From the NCBI GenBank assembly GCA_963771175.1, contig CAVYSY010000050.1, forward strand, positions 128,001-192,000: a DNA stretch of 64,000 bases, given 5' to 3'. The position numbers and the translations under genes were made by a program. The stretch comes from an uncultured delta proteobacterium. Its GTDB lineage: Bacteria; Myxococcota; Myxococcia; Myxococcales; Myxococcaceae. This document shows positions 1 through 11,446 of this stretch, in pieces (the first letter of the stretch is position 1; each line of letters begins with the position of its first letter). A model generated the notes under the pieces. It was not told where the DNA came from. It saw only the letters and a program-made list of their open reading frames with translations, and ran no database searches.

Positions 1-229
1 CGCTGGCCACGGTCGAGTCCGGCAGCACCACGCCGAAGCGCTGCCCCAGCCGGAGCAATAATTCCACCCGCTCCAGACTGCCCAGCCCCAGCTCATGGTC
101 CAGCGAGTCGTCGAGGCCGACTGCTTCCCCGGCGCGCGGCAGGCCCAGCTCGGCCACGAGCGCCCCGACGATGTCGAGCACGGCGCGCTCGATTGTTTCC
201 GGACGGGCTGCGGGGCCTTGCTGGGGCAT
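1..229 (-). CDS. N-terminal acyl-carrier (phosphopantetheine-binding) domain of a gene running off the left edge, probably an acyl-ACP synthetase/acyltransferase fusion
   Basis: Manual translation MPQQGPAARPETIERAVLDIVGALVAELG...LDDSLDHELGLGSLERVELLLRLGQRFGVVLPD contains the ACP motif LGLGSL. Confidence 0.65.
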   Translation of the reverse strand, partial: MPQQGPAARPETIERAVLDIVGALVAELGLPRAGEAVGLDDSLDHELGLGSLERVELLLRLGQRFGVVLPDSTVAS

Positions 230-339
230 GGGGCCAGCCTCCACCCCTTCAAGTAGAGGCTACCCGGGGTGGGCACACCTCCCCGTGCGCCTCCGCTCGC
301 ATGCAGGGCTGTGAGGTTGGCGCGAGGACAGGCGGAGGC

Positions 340-2208
340 TCAGCCCGGAGGCGAAGGAGGGCGGGGCTCGTCGGCCTCGTCGGCTCCCCGTGCTCCGTCG
401 GCCGCGTCTCCCTGCACCTGGGCCTGGGTCTGCGGCCGGTTGTCCTGCTCGAAGAGCGCGCGCAGCTCCTCGCGGGCCTGCTGCGCCGTCCGCAGGAGCT
501 TCTCCTCGTCCTGGTACACCGCGTGCTGCTTGTGGAGCATCTCCTCGTCGTAGGCGCGGAACCGCTCCACGATGCTCCCGGCCTGGGTCTCGTCGAAGCC
601 GAGCCCCCGTAGGACGTGCACGGCCATGTCCAGGCTCGACAGCAGCGTCTCGCGGTTGAGCACCTTCACGCCCGCGTCCATCAGTTGGTAGGCGTGCGCG
701 CGGTTTCTCGCCCGGGCGTAGATGGGCAGCTCCGGGAAGTGGCGGCGCACCAGCTCCGCCGTGCGCACCGAGGCCTCTGGATTGTCGATGGCCAGCACGA
801 ACAGCTTCGCCCGGGCCGCTCCCGCGGCGCGCAGCAGCTCCAGGCGTGAGGCATCGCCGTAGTAGATCTTGTTGCCGTACCGGCGCAGGAAGTCGACCTG
901 CTCGGGGTTCACCTCCAGCGCGGTGAAGCCGATGTCCAGCATGTTGAGCACGCGCCCGATGATCTGCCCGTACCGGCCGAACCCGGCGATGAGCACCGGC
1001 TGATGATCCGTGTCCTCCAGCCGGTCGTACTCCACGGGCACGGCCCGCCGCAGCAGGCGGTCGACCACGGTGTCATGCAGCGCCAGCAGGAGTGGCGTAA
1101 GGGCCATGGACAGGGACACCACCACCACGAGCAACTCGGTGAGCCCGCGATCCATCAACCCCGCGGTGGCGGCGACGCCGAAGAGCACGAAGGCGAACTC
1201 GCCGCCCTGGGCGAGCGCCAGCGCCATGACGCGCCGCCCCTGGAGCATCAGCCCGATGGGCCGTCCAAGCCCGAAGAGGACGCCGCCCTTGATCACCATC
1301 AGGCCCACCACGCACGCGGCGACGAGCAGCGGCTGCCGCAGGACGAGTCCCAGATTCATGGACATGCCTACCGCGATGAAGAAGAGCCCCAGCAGCAGAC
1401 CCTTGAACGGCTCGATGTCCGCCTCCAGCTCGTGACGGTACTCGGAGTCCGCGAGCAGCACGCCCGCGAGGAACGTGCCGAGCGCCATGGACAGGCCGGC
1501 GAAGCGCATCAGCAGGGCCACGCCCACGACCACCAGGAGGGTGGTGGCGGTGAAGATCTCCTGCATCCGCGTGGCGGCGATGAGCCGGAAGAGGGGGCGC
1601 ACCAGGAAGCGACCGGCGAGCACCACCGCGGCGAGCACGGCCACCACCTTGAGCACTGATAGGAGGAAGTGGGGGCCGTCACTCGCCGGGCCGTCCTGGC
1701 GGCCGGAGAGCAGCGGGATGAGCGCCAGCAGGGGGATGACGGCGAGATCCTGGAACAGGAGGATGGCGAAGCTCTCGTGGCCATGGCGGGCGGCGAGCTG
1801 GTTGCGCTCACCGAGCAGTTGCAGGGCAATGGCGGTCGAGGACAGTGACAGGCCGAGCCCGGCGATGAGGGCGGCCTTCAGGGGCAGGCCGAACGCGATT
1901 CCCGCGCCCGCGAGCAGGAGTCCACTCAGCAGCACCTGCAAGAGGCCGAGCCCGAAGACGGAGCGCCGCAGGGCCCACAGGCGGGCGGGTTGCAGCTCCA
2001 GGCCGACGATGAACAGGAACAGCACCACGCCGAACTCGGCGAAGTGGAGGATGTCCTCGGGGTCCCGGATAAGGCCCAGGCCCGAGGGGCCGATGGCGAC
2101 GCCTGCGGCCAGGTAGCCGAGGATGGAGCCGAGCCCCAGCCGCTTGAAGAGCGGCACGGCGATCACCGCCGCGATGAGGAAGACGGCGATTTCGTTGAGG
2201 TAGCTCAT
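340..2208 (-). CDS. kefC: Glutathione-regulated K+ efflux antiporter, CPA2 family (KefB/KefC)
   Basis: Many TM helices, LLFQDLAVIP, ELEADIEPFKGLLLGLFF, and a C-terminal KTN domain (IAGFGRYGQ, YYGDASR). Confidence 0.9.
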   Translation of the reverse strand: MSYLNEIAVFLIAAVIAVPLFKRLGLGSILGYLAAGVAIGPSGLGLIRDPEDILHFAEFGVVLFLFIVGLELQPARLWALRRSVFGLGLLQVLLSGLLLAGAGIAFGLPLKAALIAGLGLSLSSTAIALQLLGERNQLAARHGHESFAILLFQDLAVIPLLALIPLLSGRQDGPASDGPHFLLSVLKVVAVLAAVVLAGRFLVRPLFRLIAATRMQEIFTATTLLVVVGVALLMRFAGLSMALGTFLAGVLLADSEYRHELEADIEPFKGLLLGLFFIAVGMSMNLGLVLRQPLLVAACVVGLMVIKGGVLFGLGRPIGLMLQGRRVMALALAQGGEFAFVLFGVAATAGLMDRGLTELLVVVVSLSMALTPLLLALHDTVVDRLLRRAVPVEYDRLEDTDHQPVLIAGFGRYGQIIGRVLNMLDIGFTALEVNPEQVDFLRRYGNKIYYGDASRLELLRAAGAARAKLFVLAIDNPEASVRTAELVRRHFPELPIYARARNRAHAYQLMDAGVKVLNRETLLSSLDMAVHVLRGLGFDETQAGSIVERFRAYDEEMLHKQHAVYQDEEKLLRTAQQAREELRALFEQDNRPQTQAQVQGDAADGARGADEADEPRPPSPPG

Positions 2209-2284
2209 CCGGGGCCTCCCATGCCGCCATCTCCGGTCTAAGAGGCTGTTCCGGTTGCCGCAAGCCCTCGAGGGGGGCCTGCGC

Positions 2285-2890
2285 TCACCGGGAGAAAGTC
2301 AGTGGCTCCTCCCTCGAATGGTGGTTGCGGGGCGACGGTTCCTGGGCCGAGAGCTGGCGCTGGATGAACTCGATTAATGGACGGAAGACCTCGGAGGAGA
2401 GGAGCTTCTCGAAATCGGAGTCCGACAGCTTCTTCACCAACTGCTTCGCGCCATGCCCCGACCTCGGCTTCGGCAAGAGCTTCTGGATCGCGGCCCGGGG
2501 GCCCAGCGCGGCCCGGGCGATATCGAGCTCCGACACCTTCTTGCCGGTGATGCGCTCCAACATTTCACGGTCGGAGAAGAAGACCGCCTCGGGTTCGGGC
2601 TGAGCGAGCACGATGAGCCACATGTGCTTGGGTGCACTTGTACTGAAGAGACCCTCAAGGTCGCTCCGTTGCTCCTCCGTGAGGTCGTGATCGATGGTGT
2701 CCGCATCCACGACGAGCGCTGTCGGTATCCTCTTGTTGGAGAGCAGCGAGTCCACGCCGGACCACGCATTCTGCTTGTTGGTGGCCGCACGGACACAGAC
2801 CTCGCGAGCACCTTTGCCGAAGCGTCTGGCCAGAAGCGATGCGATCAGCTCCTTGTCGAACTCATTCTCCGTCACGACATAGGCTCTCAT
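2285..2890 (-). CDS. Hypothetical protein with TOPRIM-like signature
   Basis: N-terminal YVVTE-x-x-x-D and central LVVDAD (DxD) motifs. Start overlaps the stop of the upstream gene by 4 bp. GC is lower than in flanking genes. Confidence 0.6.
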   Translation of the reverse strand: MRAYVVTENEFDKELIASLLARRFGKGAREVCVRAATNKQNAWSGVDSLLSNKRIPTALVVDADTIDHDLTEEQRSDLEGLFSTSAPKHMWLIVLAQPEPEAVFFSDREMLERITGKKVSELDIARAALGPRAAIQKLLPKPRSGHGAKQLVKKLSDSDFEKLLSSEVFRPLIEFIQRQLSAQEPSPRNHHSREEPLTFSR

Positions 2891-3519
2891 GTATTCGTCT
2901 CCAAGAAGTTATGCGGGGCGAGGCCCTGCTCGACGGTGCGCCTGTACTTCCTGCTCAGTCCTTCTCGGAATGCCCGGTGATCCAGGGAGTGGGCAACCTC
3001 CTCGCCCTTCCACAGTAGGATCGTCTGGGGACCCACGAACTTGATGAGCGTGGTGGCCGCCGAAGAAAAGCCGCCGCGACTGAAGATCAGTCCGACAGTG
3101 CTTGCTGGCCTGCGGAGCAGTTGGTTCCTCATCTTGGCGATGGGCTCAATGTTCATGGACTTCGAGGTGTCCTTGGCCTCCACGATGCACGCGAGCCCGT
3201 CCACGAAGACGGCTCCATCGATCTGCTCTGTTTCCCCAGCTCCATCTGACGAGGAGAGGCGGATGGCATAGGGCCACGTCACCTCGGCACCCTCGAGTTC
3301 GAATGCTCGGAGTATCAAGTACTCGAACGCCTTGCCCGGCTCCCAGCCCTCCACCCGCCCCTGGACGAGCCGGTTGTGAAAGGTCCTCAGCCGGGTCCAG
3401 CCCATGGTCCTGATGCGAGCCTTGTATTCGTTTTCGCTTCCCACCCTCGCCCTCCTGCCCACCGGTCGCTTCGCGACGTCAATGGCCACCACCCTACCTG
3501 AGCAGTCTGACACGCTCAA
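2887..3519 (-). CDS. Restriction endonuclease-like protein (PD-(D/E)xK, Mrr_cat type); true start may be downstream
   Basis: GKAFEYL...EQIDG...IVEAKD...GLIFSRGGFS matches the Mrr-like catalytic layout. Confidence 0.75.
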   Translation of the reverse strand: MSVSDCSGRVVAIDVAKRPVGRRARVGSENEYKARIRTMGWTRLRTFHNRLVQGRVEGWEPGKAFEYLILRAFELEGAEVTWPYAIRLSSSDGAGETEQIDGAVFVDGLACIVEAKDTSKSMNIEPIAKMRNQLLRRPASTVGLIFSRGGFSSAATTLIKFVGPQTILLWKGEEVAHSLDHRAFREGLSRKYRRTVEQGLAPHNFLETNT

Positions 3520-3644
3520 CCCATGAAGTCATGTGTCGAGGAGTAACTCGAAAGGTGAGCCGCCCGGGGCTCAAGCGGCTTGAAATGCAGTCGGCATCCG
3601 GCGAGGCTGTCCCCAGTCCCTTCCCTCGACAGGACCAGCCCTCG

Positions 3645-4549
3645 ATGCTGCCCGTACTCCTGGCCGTGCTGCTCTCCCAGGCCCCGACCGCCAACCCCCG
3701 CCAGCAGGGCGTCCCCATCGGGAAGGGCAAGACGCTGCCCACCGTGCGCCTCTCCGCGCCCTCCGGCGGCTGGACCGTGGATCGCATGCTGCTCGTGGAG
3801 GGCACCCTCAGCGACACCACCATCGATCCGGTGGTCATCTCCATCAACGGCGACCGCTACCTGATGCGCACCTTCAGCGGGCGCTTCAAGCGCAAGTTCC
3901 CCGCCGCCAGCGGCAAGAACGTCGTCACCGTCATGGCCACCAACCAGGCCGGCACCGCTCGCGCCCAGGCCACCAGCTACGCGCAGATTCCCCCCGTGCC
4001 CCTCAAGGCCATCCTCACCAGCGACACCGACGGCGTCTACACCGACCTCCACATCTACGAGCCCACCAGGAGAGCCTCTCCCCGGCCAAGGAGGGCTCGG
4101 GTCAGGTGCTCGACTTGAAGAAGATGGCCCACGTCTACTGGGCCAACACCGAGAGCCCCAGCGGCGGCACCTTCTTCCTCAACGAGCAGGGCGGCGACTT
4201 CGACGAGCCCGCCTACGGGCCCTACCTCTACGTCCACCGCGCTCCGCCCAAGGGCGTCTACCTCATCGCCACCAACTACTGGCCCAGCGGCGACAAGGCC
4301 CACACCGTGGCCACGCTCAACGTCGTCCTCTTCGAGGGCACGCCCCAGGAGATGCGCCGCATGGTGCGCATCCCGCTCGCCACTCCCGGCACCACGCGCG
4401 TGCTCGCCTGGGTGAACGTGCTCGGCGATGGCAAGGCCGAGCTCTACGTGCCCTCGCAGGACCCCGCCCCCAAGAGCGCCTCGTGGCCCCGCAACCTGGA
4501 CGAGGCCGTCAAGACGCTCTCCACAGGCGGCATGGACTCGGAGTACTGA
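3645..4549 (+). CDS. DUF2135/YfaP-like secreted protein (one frameshift near 4070)
   Basis: Signal peptide, then ILTSDTDGVYTDLHIYEP, continuing in ORF 4106-4549 (YGPYLYVHRAPPKGVYLIATNYW). First gene of the A2M operon. Confidence 0.7.
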
Positions 4550-4564
4550 GGCATCCGGCTCGCC

Positions 4565-5140
4565 ATGCGCGCCCTGCTCCTGCTCCTCTCGCTCCAGGCG
4601 GCCACTCCCGCTCCCGAGCCCCTCCAGGCGCTGCTGCGCCGCGAGGTGGCCCAGGTGGCGCTCGCCCAGGTGCGCCGCATGGACCCGAACTGGCACCCGG
4701 AACAGCGCGACTGCGCGGGCCTCGTGCGCTTCGTCTACCGCGGTGCCTACCGGCGCTTCCGCCCCGAGCGGCTCGCCACCCCCCTATGGCGCGATGCCCG
4801 CGGCGAGCCCGGTGACTTCGCCGATGCGGAGACGCTGCTGACGCACAGCTTCGTGCCGCTCGGCCGCGACGAGGCCTCGCGCGAGTCCCTCCGCACGGGC
4901 GACCTCGTGGCCTTCCGCCAGGAGCGCGACGCCGGCCCCATCTTCCACCTGATGCTCGTGGTGCGCCCGGAGGACAAGGCGCACGCTCCCACGCGCGTCG
5001 TCTACCACCCGGGCGAGAAGGGTGCCGCCGTGCGCACCGGCGTCCTCCAATCGCTCGCCACCGAGGCGCCCCTGGAGTGGCGCCCGGTGCCCCAGAACAC
5101 CGCCTTCCTCGGTTTCTTCCGCTTCAAGGAGTGGATGTGA
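4565..5140 (+). CDS. DUF1175/YfaT-like protein (NlpC/P60-like)
   Basis: QRDCAGLVRF, GDLVAF, FHLM, VVYHPG and WRPVPQNTAFLGFFRF motifs; signal peptide. Confidence 0.8.
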   Translation: MRALLLLLSLQAATPAPEPLQALLRREVAQVALAQVRRMDPNWHPEQRDCAGLVRFVYRGAYRRFRPERLATPLWRDARGEPGDFADAETLLTHSFVPLGRDEASRESLRTGDLVAFRQERDAGPIFHLMLVVRPEDKAHAPTRVVYHPGEKGAAVRTGVLQSLATEAPLEWRPVPQNTAFLGFFRFKEWM

Positions 5141-6726
5141 TGAACCCTCCCTCTTCTCCGCCTCCCAAGGGTGGACCTCCCCGCGCCGTCCTCGTGGGCA
5201 TCGGCGTCGCCGTGCTCGTCGCGGTGGCCGTGGGCTCCTTCATGCTCGGCCGCCGCGGCTCCTCCGACTCCTCGGGCCCGGCCTCCGGTACCTCCACTTC
5301 GGCCGGTGGCTCGACTGGCTCCAGCGGCGGCTCCGTCCTGCAGGCCCTGCCGCCCGCTCCCGAGAAGCCGCAGCAGATGGAGGTGCCCACCGGGCGCGTG
5401 CGCCCGGCCGTCTGGGTGGATGTCTACGCGCCCGGCAAGGTGCGCGAGGCGCTCGCCGGCAATGCGTGGCTGAAGGACGAGCTCCAGAAGCCGCTCGGCA
5501 AGGGCTTCGTGGGCGGGTGGGCCGCCTTCCTCGGTACACGCGGCGAGGACCTGGGTGCCTCCTTCAAGGGCGCCGTGTTCGACGTCATGGCCGGGCAGTT
5601 CCTGGCCGCCCCGTTCCGCATGGTGTGGTTCTCCGGGGAGAGTCGCTCGGGCACGCCCGCCATCATCATCCCCGAGCCGGGCGACACCGCCATGGCCGCC
5701 TTCACGTCCCTCGGTGGCACTGTCCGCCGCAACGAGATGACGGCCAACGCCTGCCCGGGTGGCGAGGGTGACGTGCCCGCGGAGGGCTTCACGCTGGAGC
5801 GCTGGCTCGTGGCCGAGCAGTCGTTGTGGGCCGGGCGCACGGAGGACCGGATGGTGTTCGGCCGGCACCCGGCGGCGGTGCTCCAGGGCCTGTGCGAGCC
5901 GCACCTGCATTTAGATCCGCCCGAGGACGTGGACGTGGAGCTCGGCTTCGCCCCCGAGCCGCTCGGGCGAGAGGCTCAGCTCCTCACGCACGTCATGGGT
6001 GTGGCCAATGGCATCCGGCTGCGGTTCGCCGTCCAGGGCACCCGCCTGGTGGGTCTTGGCATCTCCGGGCCCGTCGCGGACGAGCCCCGCATGGACAGCG
6101 CGCCTCTCTCGGACGACCTGCTGAAGCTCGTTCCCGAGGAGACGCCGGTGCTGCTCGCGCTCCAGCTCAAGCTGCCCGAGAAGTTGGATCGCGACACCCT
6201 CAAGGCCTTCTGGTCCGGCAAGGGCTCGGTGGGGCCCGTGCGCACGCGCCAGGTGGCGATGCTGTGGACGCCCCGGGGCTACGAGAGCCTGCCCACCGAG
6301 GTGGCCCTGCTCTGGGGCCACCCCGAGGACGCGGCGGCGCTCGGGCAGATCTTCTCCGGGCCCAACCGGATGGAGACCGCCACCCTGTGCGGACACCACG
6401 TCCTGGCCTCCACCCCGGAGGTGCTCGCGCGGCTGCGCAAGGCGTGTGAGGGCAAGGGGCCCAACCTGCTCAACGCGGCGGCTCCGGTGGTGCAGGGGCT
6501 GCGTGCGCCGGGCTCGGTGTCCTTCGGCGTCAACACCGGGCGGCTGCTCGGCACGCTGCTGGCGGATGGGTACTGGTCGCAGGTGGTGCAGTCGGATCCG
6601 GAGAAGCCGCGCGCGGCGCCGCCGGAGATCGAGGCCGCGCGGCGTGAGTTGGAGTCGCTGCCGTACATCGGCCTGCGCGGCACCGTGGAAGGCAACAGGT
6701 TGGTTCCGGGAGGGTTTGGCTCATGA
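5140..6726 (+). CDS. Membrane-anchored hypothetical protein of the A2M operon
   Basis: Single N-terminal TM and Ser/Gly linker. Start and stop overlap both neighbours. Confidence 0.7.
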   Translation: MNPPSSPPPKGGPPRAVLVGIGVAVLVAVAVGSFMLGRRGSSDSSGPASGTSTSAGGSTGSSGGSVLQALPPAPEKPQQMEVPTGRVRPAVWVDVYAPGKVREALAGNAWLKDELQKPLGKGFVGGWAAFLGTRGEDLGASFKGAVFDVMAGQFLAAPFRMVWFSGESRSGTPAIIIPEPGDTAMAAFTSLGGTVRRNEMTANACPGGEGDVPAEGFTLERWLVAEQSLWAGRTEDRMVFGRHPAAVLQGLCEPHLHLDPPEDVDVELGFAPEPLGREAQLLTHVMGVANGIRLRFAVQGTRLVGLGISGPVADEPRMDSAPLSDDLLKLVPEETPVLLALQLKLPEKLDRDTLKAFWSGKGSVGPVRTRQVAMLWTPRGYESLPTEVALLWGHPEDAAALGQIFSGPNRMETATLCGHHVLASTPEVLARLRKACEGKGPNLLNAAAPVVQGLRAPGSVSFGVNTGRLLGTLLADGYWSQVVQSDPEKPRAAPPEIEAARRELESLPYIGLRGTVEGNRLVPGGFGS

Positions 6727-9700
6727 GGTACTCCGCTCGCATCGCGGCATTGGCCGCGCTGATGTGCGCTGGCGTGGCGGCGGCCAAGCCGCTCTACATC
6801 ACCGTCCCCCGTGCCTACGGCAGTGGGGAGCCCGTGGGCGTGGACGTGGCTTTCGAGGGCAAGGGGCCCGTCGAGCTGCGGGTGCTGAAGCCCGCGGACG
6901 TGGACGCCTTCATCCGCGCGCAGGGAGACCTGCGGCGCGCGTACCAGACGCCTCCCACCACGGCGAACCCCGGCAACGCGCTCAGCCGCGGTCTCAACGG
7001 GGCGCACGGGCCGGGCACCTTCCTGCTGTTCGCCCTGAACGAGGACTTCCGCAAGGCGGTGGCGCCGGGGCTTCCCGCGCGTCCGCCTCCGCCTCCGGGC
7101 CGTCCGCTGGCTCGCGTCTCCACCGGCCCCGAGAAGCTCGTGGGCATTCCTCCCGGCTTCTCCGTGGTGCGCAGCCAGTGGCTGAACCTGGACCTCGGCG
7201 GCTCCGAGCGCGAGTTCACCGTCCCGGGCTTCGACACCTCGTATTACGAGAGCGGCTACGAGGAGCGCCGGGTGACGCTCCCGCCGCTGCCCGTCGGCAC
7301 GTACATCCTCCAGCTCGTCCAGGGCCGCGTGGAGGGGCAGGTGGTGCTCGTCGTCACCGACCTCACCGTGCAGCTCAAGCAGACGGACGGGCAGGTGCTG
7401 GTGCGCGTCGCGGGGAAGGATCAGAAGCCGCGCGCGGGCGCCAAGGTGCAGGTGTACCTGGCCTCGGGCAAGGGTCCGAGCGGCACCACGGACGACAAGG
7501 GCGAGGTGACGCTGGCCGTCCAGGAGCCGCGCCTCATCGCCACGGCCACGTCGGGCGAGGACACCGCCATCGTGGACACGGACTTCTACTCGTCGCTGGC
7601 GGTGGCGCCGGACGTGTTCATCTACAGCGATCGGCCCGTCTACAAGCCGGGTGACGAGGTGAAGTACCGCGGCGTGGTGCGCCAGCCGGACACGTTCCTC
7701 GCGCGCCTCTTCACGCCGCGTCGGCGCGAGGTGGGGGTGAAGCTCGTCTCGGCCGAGGGCCGCGAGGTGGTGACGCGCGCGAAGGTGGACGAGTTCGGCA
7801 GCTTCTCCGGCAGCATGATGGTGCCGGCGGACCTGGGCACGGGCGTGCTGCGGGTGATGGCCGAGCTGGACTCGCAGCCGCACCAGGGCGAGGCGCGCGT
7901 GCAGGACTACGTGAAGCCCACCTTCTACGTGGAGCTGCAGTCGGAGAAGGAGACGGTGGTGCCGGGCGAGACGATCCGGGCCACGGTGCGGGCGCGGCGG
8001 TACGCGGGCGGAGTGCCCGCGGGCGCGAAGTACGAGGTGTTCCTCTACCGCACGCTGCTGGACTCGCCGGCCTGGGTGGATGACTCGGGCATGGGCGGGC
8101 AGGGGAGCGCGGTGACGTACGGCAGCGCCTCCACCACGGAAGGCAAGTTGAGCGTCCCCGAGCGCCTGTTCTCCACGGTGGCCCAGCGCGGAGCCGAGGA
8201 GGACCCGTGGGCGAGCGCCGCGACGTTCGACGAGAACGGGGATGCGCAGATTGAAATCCCCGTGCCCGCGCTCAAGCCGGGCGAGGAGCGCTTCCCGTAC
8301 CGCTACACGCTCACCGTGCGCGCGCGGGATGACCAGGAGACGTTCGCCAACGCGAGCGCCGCCTTCTTCCTGTCCAAGGTGGAGGTGCTGGGGGCCACGC
8401 GCTACTCGGCGGCGGTGGTGAAGAAGGGCACCGAGGCGATGCTGGGCATCCGCGCCACCACGCTCTCCGGCAAGCCCTACGGCGCCACGCCGGGCGAGGT
8501 GGAGTTCGTGCTGCGCAAGGCCGACGGCAGCGAGAAGAGCCTCGGCAAGAAGGCCTTCACCACGGGGGCGGATGGTGCGTACCGCGAGAAGGTGCCCACC
8601 TCGGACGTGGGCACGGTGGTGGCGCGCGTCACGGTGAAGGACAAGGGCGGCGAGGCCTGGACGGGCGAGGACCAGCTGCTCGTCATCGGCGAGGCCGACG
8701 AGCCGGTGGCGCAGGTGCCCAACCTGACGCTGGCATCGCTCTCGGGCACGCTGGAGTCCGGGGACACGGCGCAGCTCGTGGCGCTGCTGCCGGACGGCTG
8801 GGGCCCGGGTGGCCAGGACGCGGGCCCGGTGTGGGTGACGCTCTCGGGCGCGGGGCTGTATGGCACCCAGCTCGTCGAGCTGAAGGGCCGCACGCTGGTG
8901 CACTCCTTCGAGGTGGAGAACCGCTTCGGCAGCGCGGTGTACGCGTCGGTGGCGTACCCGACGGCCACGGGCCGCTGGGAGGAGCGCACGGTGGGCTTCC
9001 GCATCATCCCCGCCGAGCGCACCCTGAATGTCTCGCTGCAGCCCCGGCGCATCGAGGCCACGCCCCTCACGGAGCAGGTCATCGACATCCGGGTGACGAA
9101 CCACGAGGGCCAGGGCGTGGTGGCGCAGCTCTCGGTGGGCGTGGTGGACAAGGCCGTCTACGCCATCCAGAGCGAGTTCCGCCCCAAGGTGCTGGACTTC
9201 TTCTACCCGGTGGGCCGCAACAACGTGGCCACCTTCTTCTCGGCCGAGTTCCAGGGCTACGGCTATGGCGAGGCGCTCGCGCGGAAGATGGCGGGGCTGC
9301 CGGACCATGCCTTCGCCTCCATCAAGCCGCCCACGCGGCAGGCGAAGGACCTGGACAGGGACACGGCCTACTGGAGCCCGACGGTGGTGACGGATCGGGA
9401 CGGACGGGCCACGGTGCGCTTCAAGCTGCCGTCCAACCAGACGCTGTGGGTGGTGACGGGCGTGGCGGCGGACACCTCGGGCCGCTTCGGCGAGTCCACG
9501 GCCGAGTTCGCCACGCGCGGGGGACTCAACCTGTACGCCGCGCTGCCGCAGTTCCTCCGCCAGGGGGACGAGGCGCTCGCGTCGGTGCGCCTGTCGGCGG
9601 GCGAGGCCTCCACGGGCAGCCAGCTCCTGGACGTGCGGCTCGCGGCGGCGGGAGTGCTCGAGGCCGCCGAGTCGAAGCAGAAGGTGGAGCTGGGCAAGGG

Positions 9701-11442
9701 CGGCGAGCAGGTGCTGCCCCTCGTGCTGAAGGCGAAGGGCTCCGGCACGGCCGAGCTGGCGGTGGAGGTGACGGGTGGCAAGGAGCCGCTGCGTGACCGG
9801 CGCGCGGTGGCTGGTGCGGCCCGCGGTGCTGGCGGAGCCGGTGAAGGTGTCCAAGTGGGGCGGCGGCGAGCTGGCCCTGCCCTCGGCTGCCAGTGCCTCG
9901 ATTTCGGAGGTGGAGCTGGTGCTGCAGCCGTCGCTGGTGGACGCGGCGCTCTCCAACGTGCGCGAGCTGCTGACGTATCCCTACGGGTGCCTGGAGCAGC
10001 TCGTGTCCACCACGGTGCCCAACGTGGCGCTGTACCAGACGCTGAAGAAGGCGGGCTCGCTGGAGTCGCTCGACACGGACAGCCAGGGGCTGCTGGCCGA
10101 GGCGCGCAGCCGCTCGGTGCAGGGCACGGCCCGCATCCTGGAGATGTCCGTCCGGGGTGGGGGCTTCACCTGGTTCAGCGGCTACAGCGAGGCGGACCTG
10201 CCCATGACGCTCATTGCCCTGGACGGGCTGGCGTACGCGGTGGAGGCGGGGCTGGTGGACCGGAATGATCCGCGCATCACCGAGAGCATGCGCTGGCTGG
10301 AGGCCCAGGGGGAGATGCCCTTCGAGTGGGACGCCACGCGGGCCTGGGTGCTGGCGCGACTGGACGGGGAGCGGCAGGCGGCTCGGGTGCGCGCGCTGGT
10401 GGAGCGGGCCACGCCGGGAGACCTGTACCCGCTGGCGATGGCGGTGCTGGCCGCGGAGAAGGCGGGAGTGATGAAGGAGCCCGCGCTCAAGGGCCGCATC
10501 GACGAGCTGGTGGCCCAGAGCAACGAGGGTTTCGTCTCGCTGGCCAGCATGCCCGCGCCGAGCGAGGCGATGTGGCGCTACCCGCTGCGCCGGGTGGGCC
10601 TCACCGCCATCCTGGGTCACGCGGCGTCCTTCGGGAAGCTGGACGTGGCCAAGGCGCGCCGGCGGTTGCTGGAGTCGCTGACCGAGCCGGGGCTGTCCAC
10701 CTTCGACCGGAGCACGGCGCTGCTGCACTCCATGTGGCTCATCGAGCGGGACGCGAAGGAGTTCCGCAAGCTGGCGGCGCCCGCGGTGAAGGGCGTGAAG
10801 GGCAACGTGCGCTTCGTGCCGCGCGGCATGGGGCTGGTGGCCACGCTGGAGCCGGGGACGCGCACGGTGGACGTGGCGGACTTCGAGGGCGTGGCGAGCC
10901 TCCGGGCCACGGCGTCCACGCCGCTGGCGGACGTGAAGCCGGTGGACGAGGGCATGAGCCTCCAGCGCACGTATTACGTGCTGCGCGAGGGCGGCAAGGT
11001 GCCGCTCGCGGCGGGCGACAGCGTGAGCCAGGGCGAGGAGGTGTACGTGGAGCTGACGCTGGACGCGCACGGGGAGAACCGGGTGCGCTCGGCGTACTAC
11101 GTGCTGGAGGACGCGGTGCCGGCGGGCTTCGTGCCGCTGGTGGAGGACAAGGTGTTCCGCGGTCCGCCGCACTCGCTGCCGCTCGCGCCCGAGGCCCTCA
11201 AGCGGCGCTCGTTGAGCCCCGAGCGCGCCACGTTCTTCTTCGAGGAGCCGACGTGGTGGAGCGACAGCCCTCGCACGGTGGGGTACGTGATGCGGGCCCA
11301 GTTCGCGGGCACCTTCTCCGCGCCGCCGGCCTTCATCGAGGACATGTACGTCACGAGCATCCGCGGCCGCACGGGCGCGGACGTGCTGAAGGTGGCGCCG
11401 TCCAAGCGCAGCACGGGCGACGTCGGCCAGAGCGAGTGGTGA
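6723..11442 (+). CDS. Bacterial alpha-2-macroglobulin (frameshift near 9810)
   Basis: IYSDRPVYKPGDEV (MG2), DTAYWSPTVVTD, YPYGCLEQ thioester motif, and C-terminal SAPPAFIEDMY. Confidence 0.9.
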
Positions 11443-11446
11443 AGTC

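Noticed and set aside
6279..9956. Very long antisense ORFs (1225 aa here; also 14412-16868 and most of 22455-25040)
   Set aside because: They are shadows of GC-rich genes on the opposite strand, with no motifs and an Arg/Ala/Gly-biased composition.
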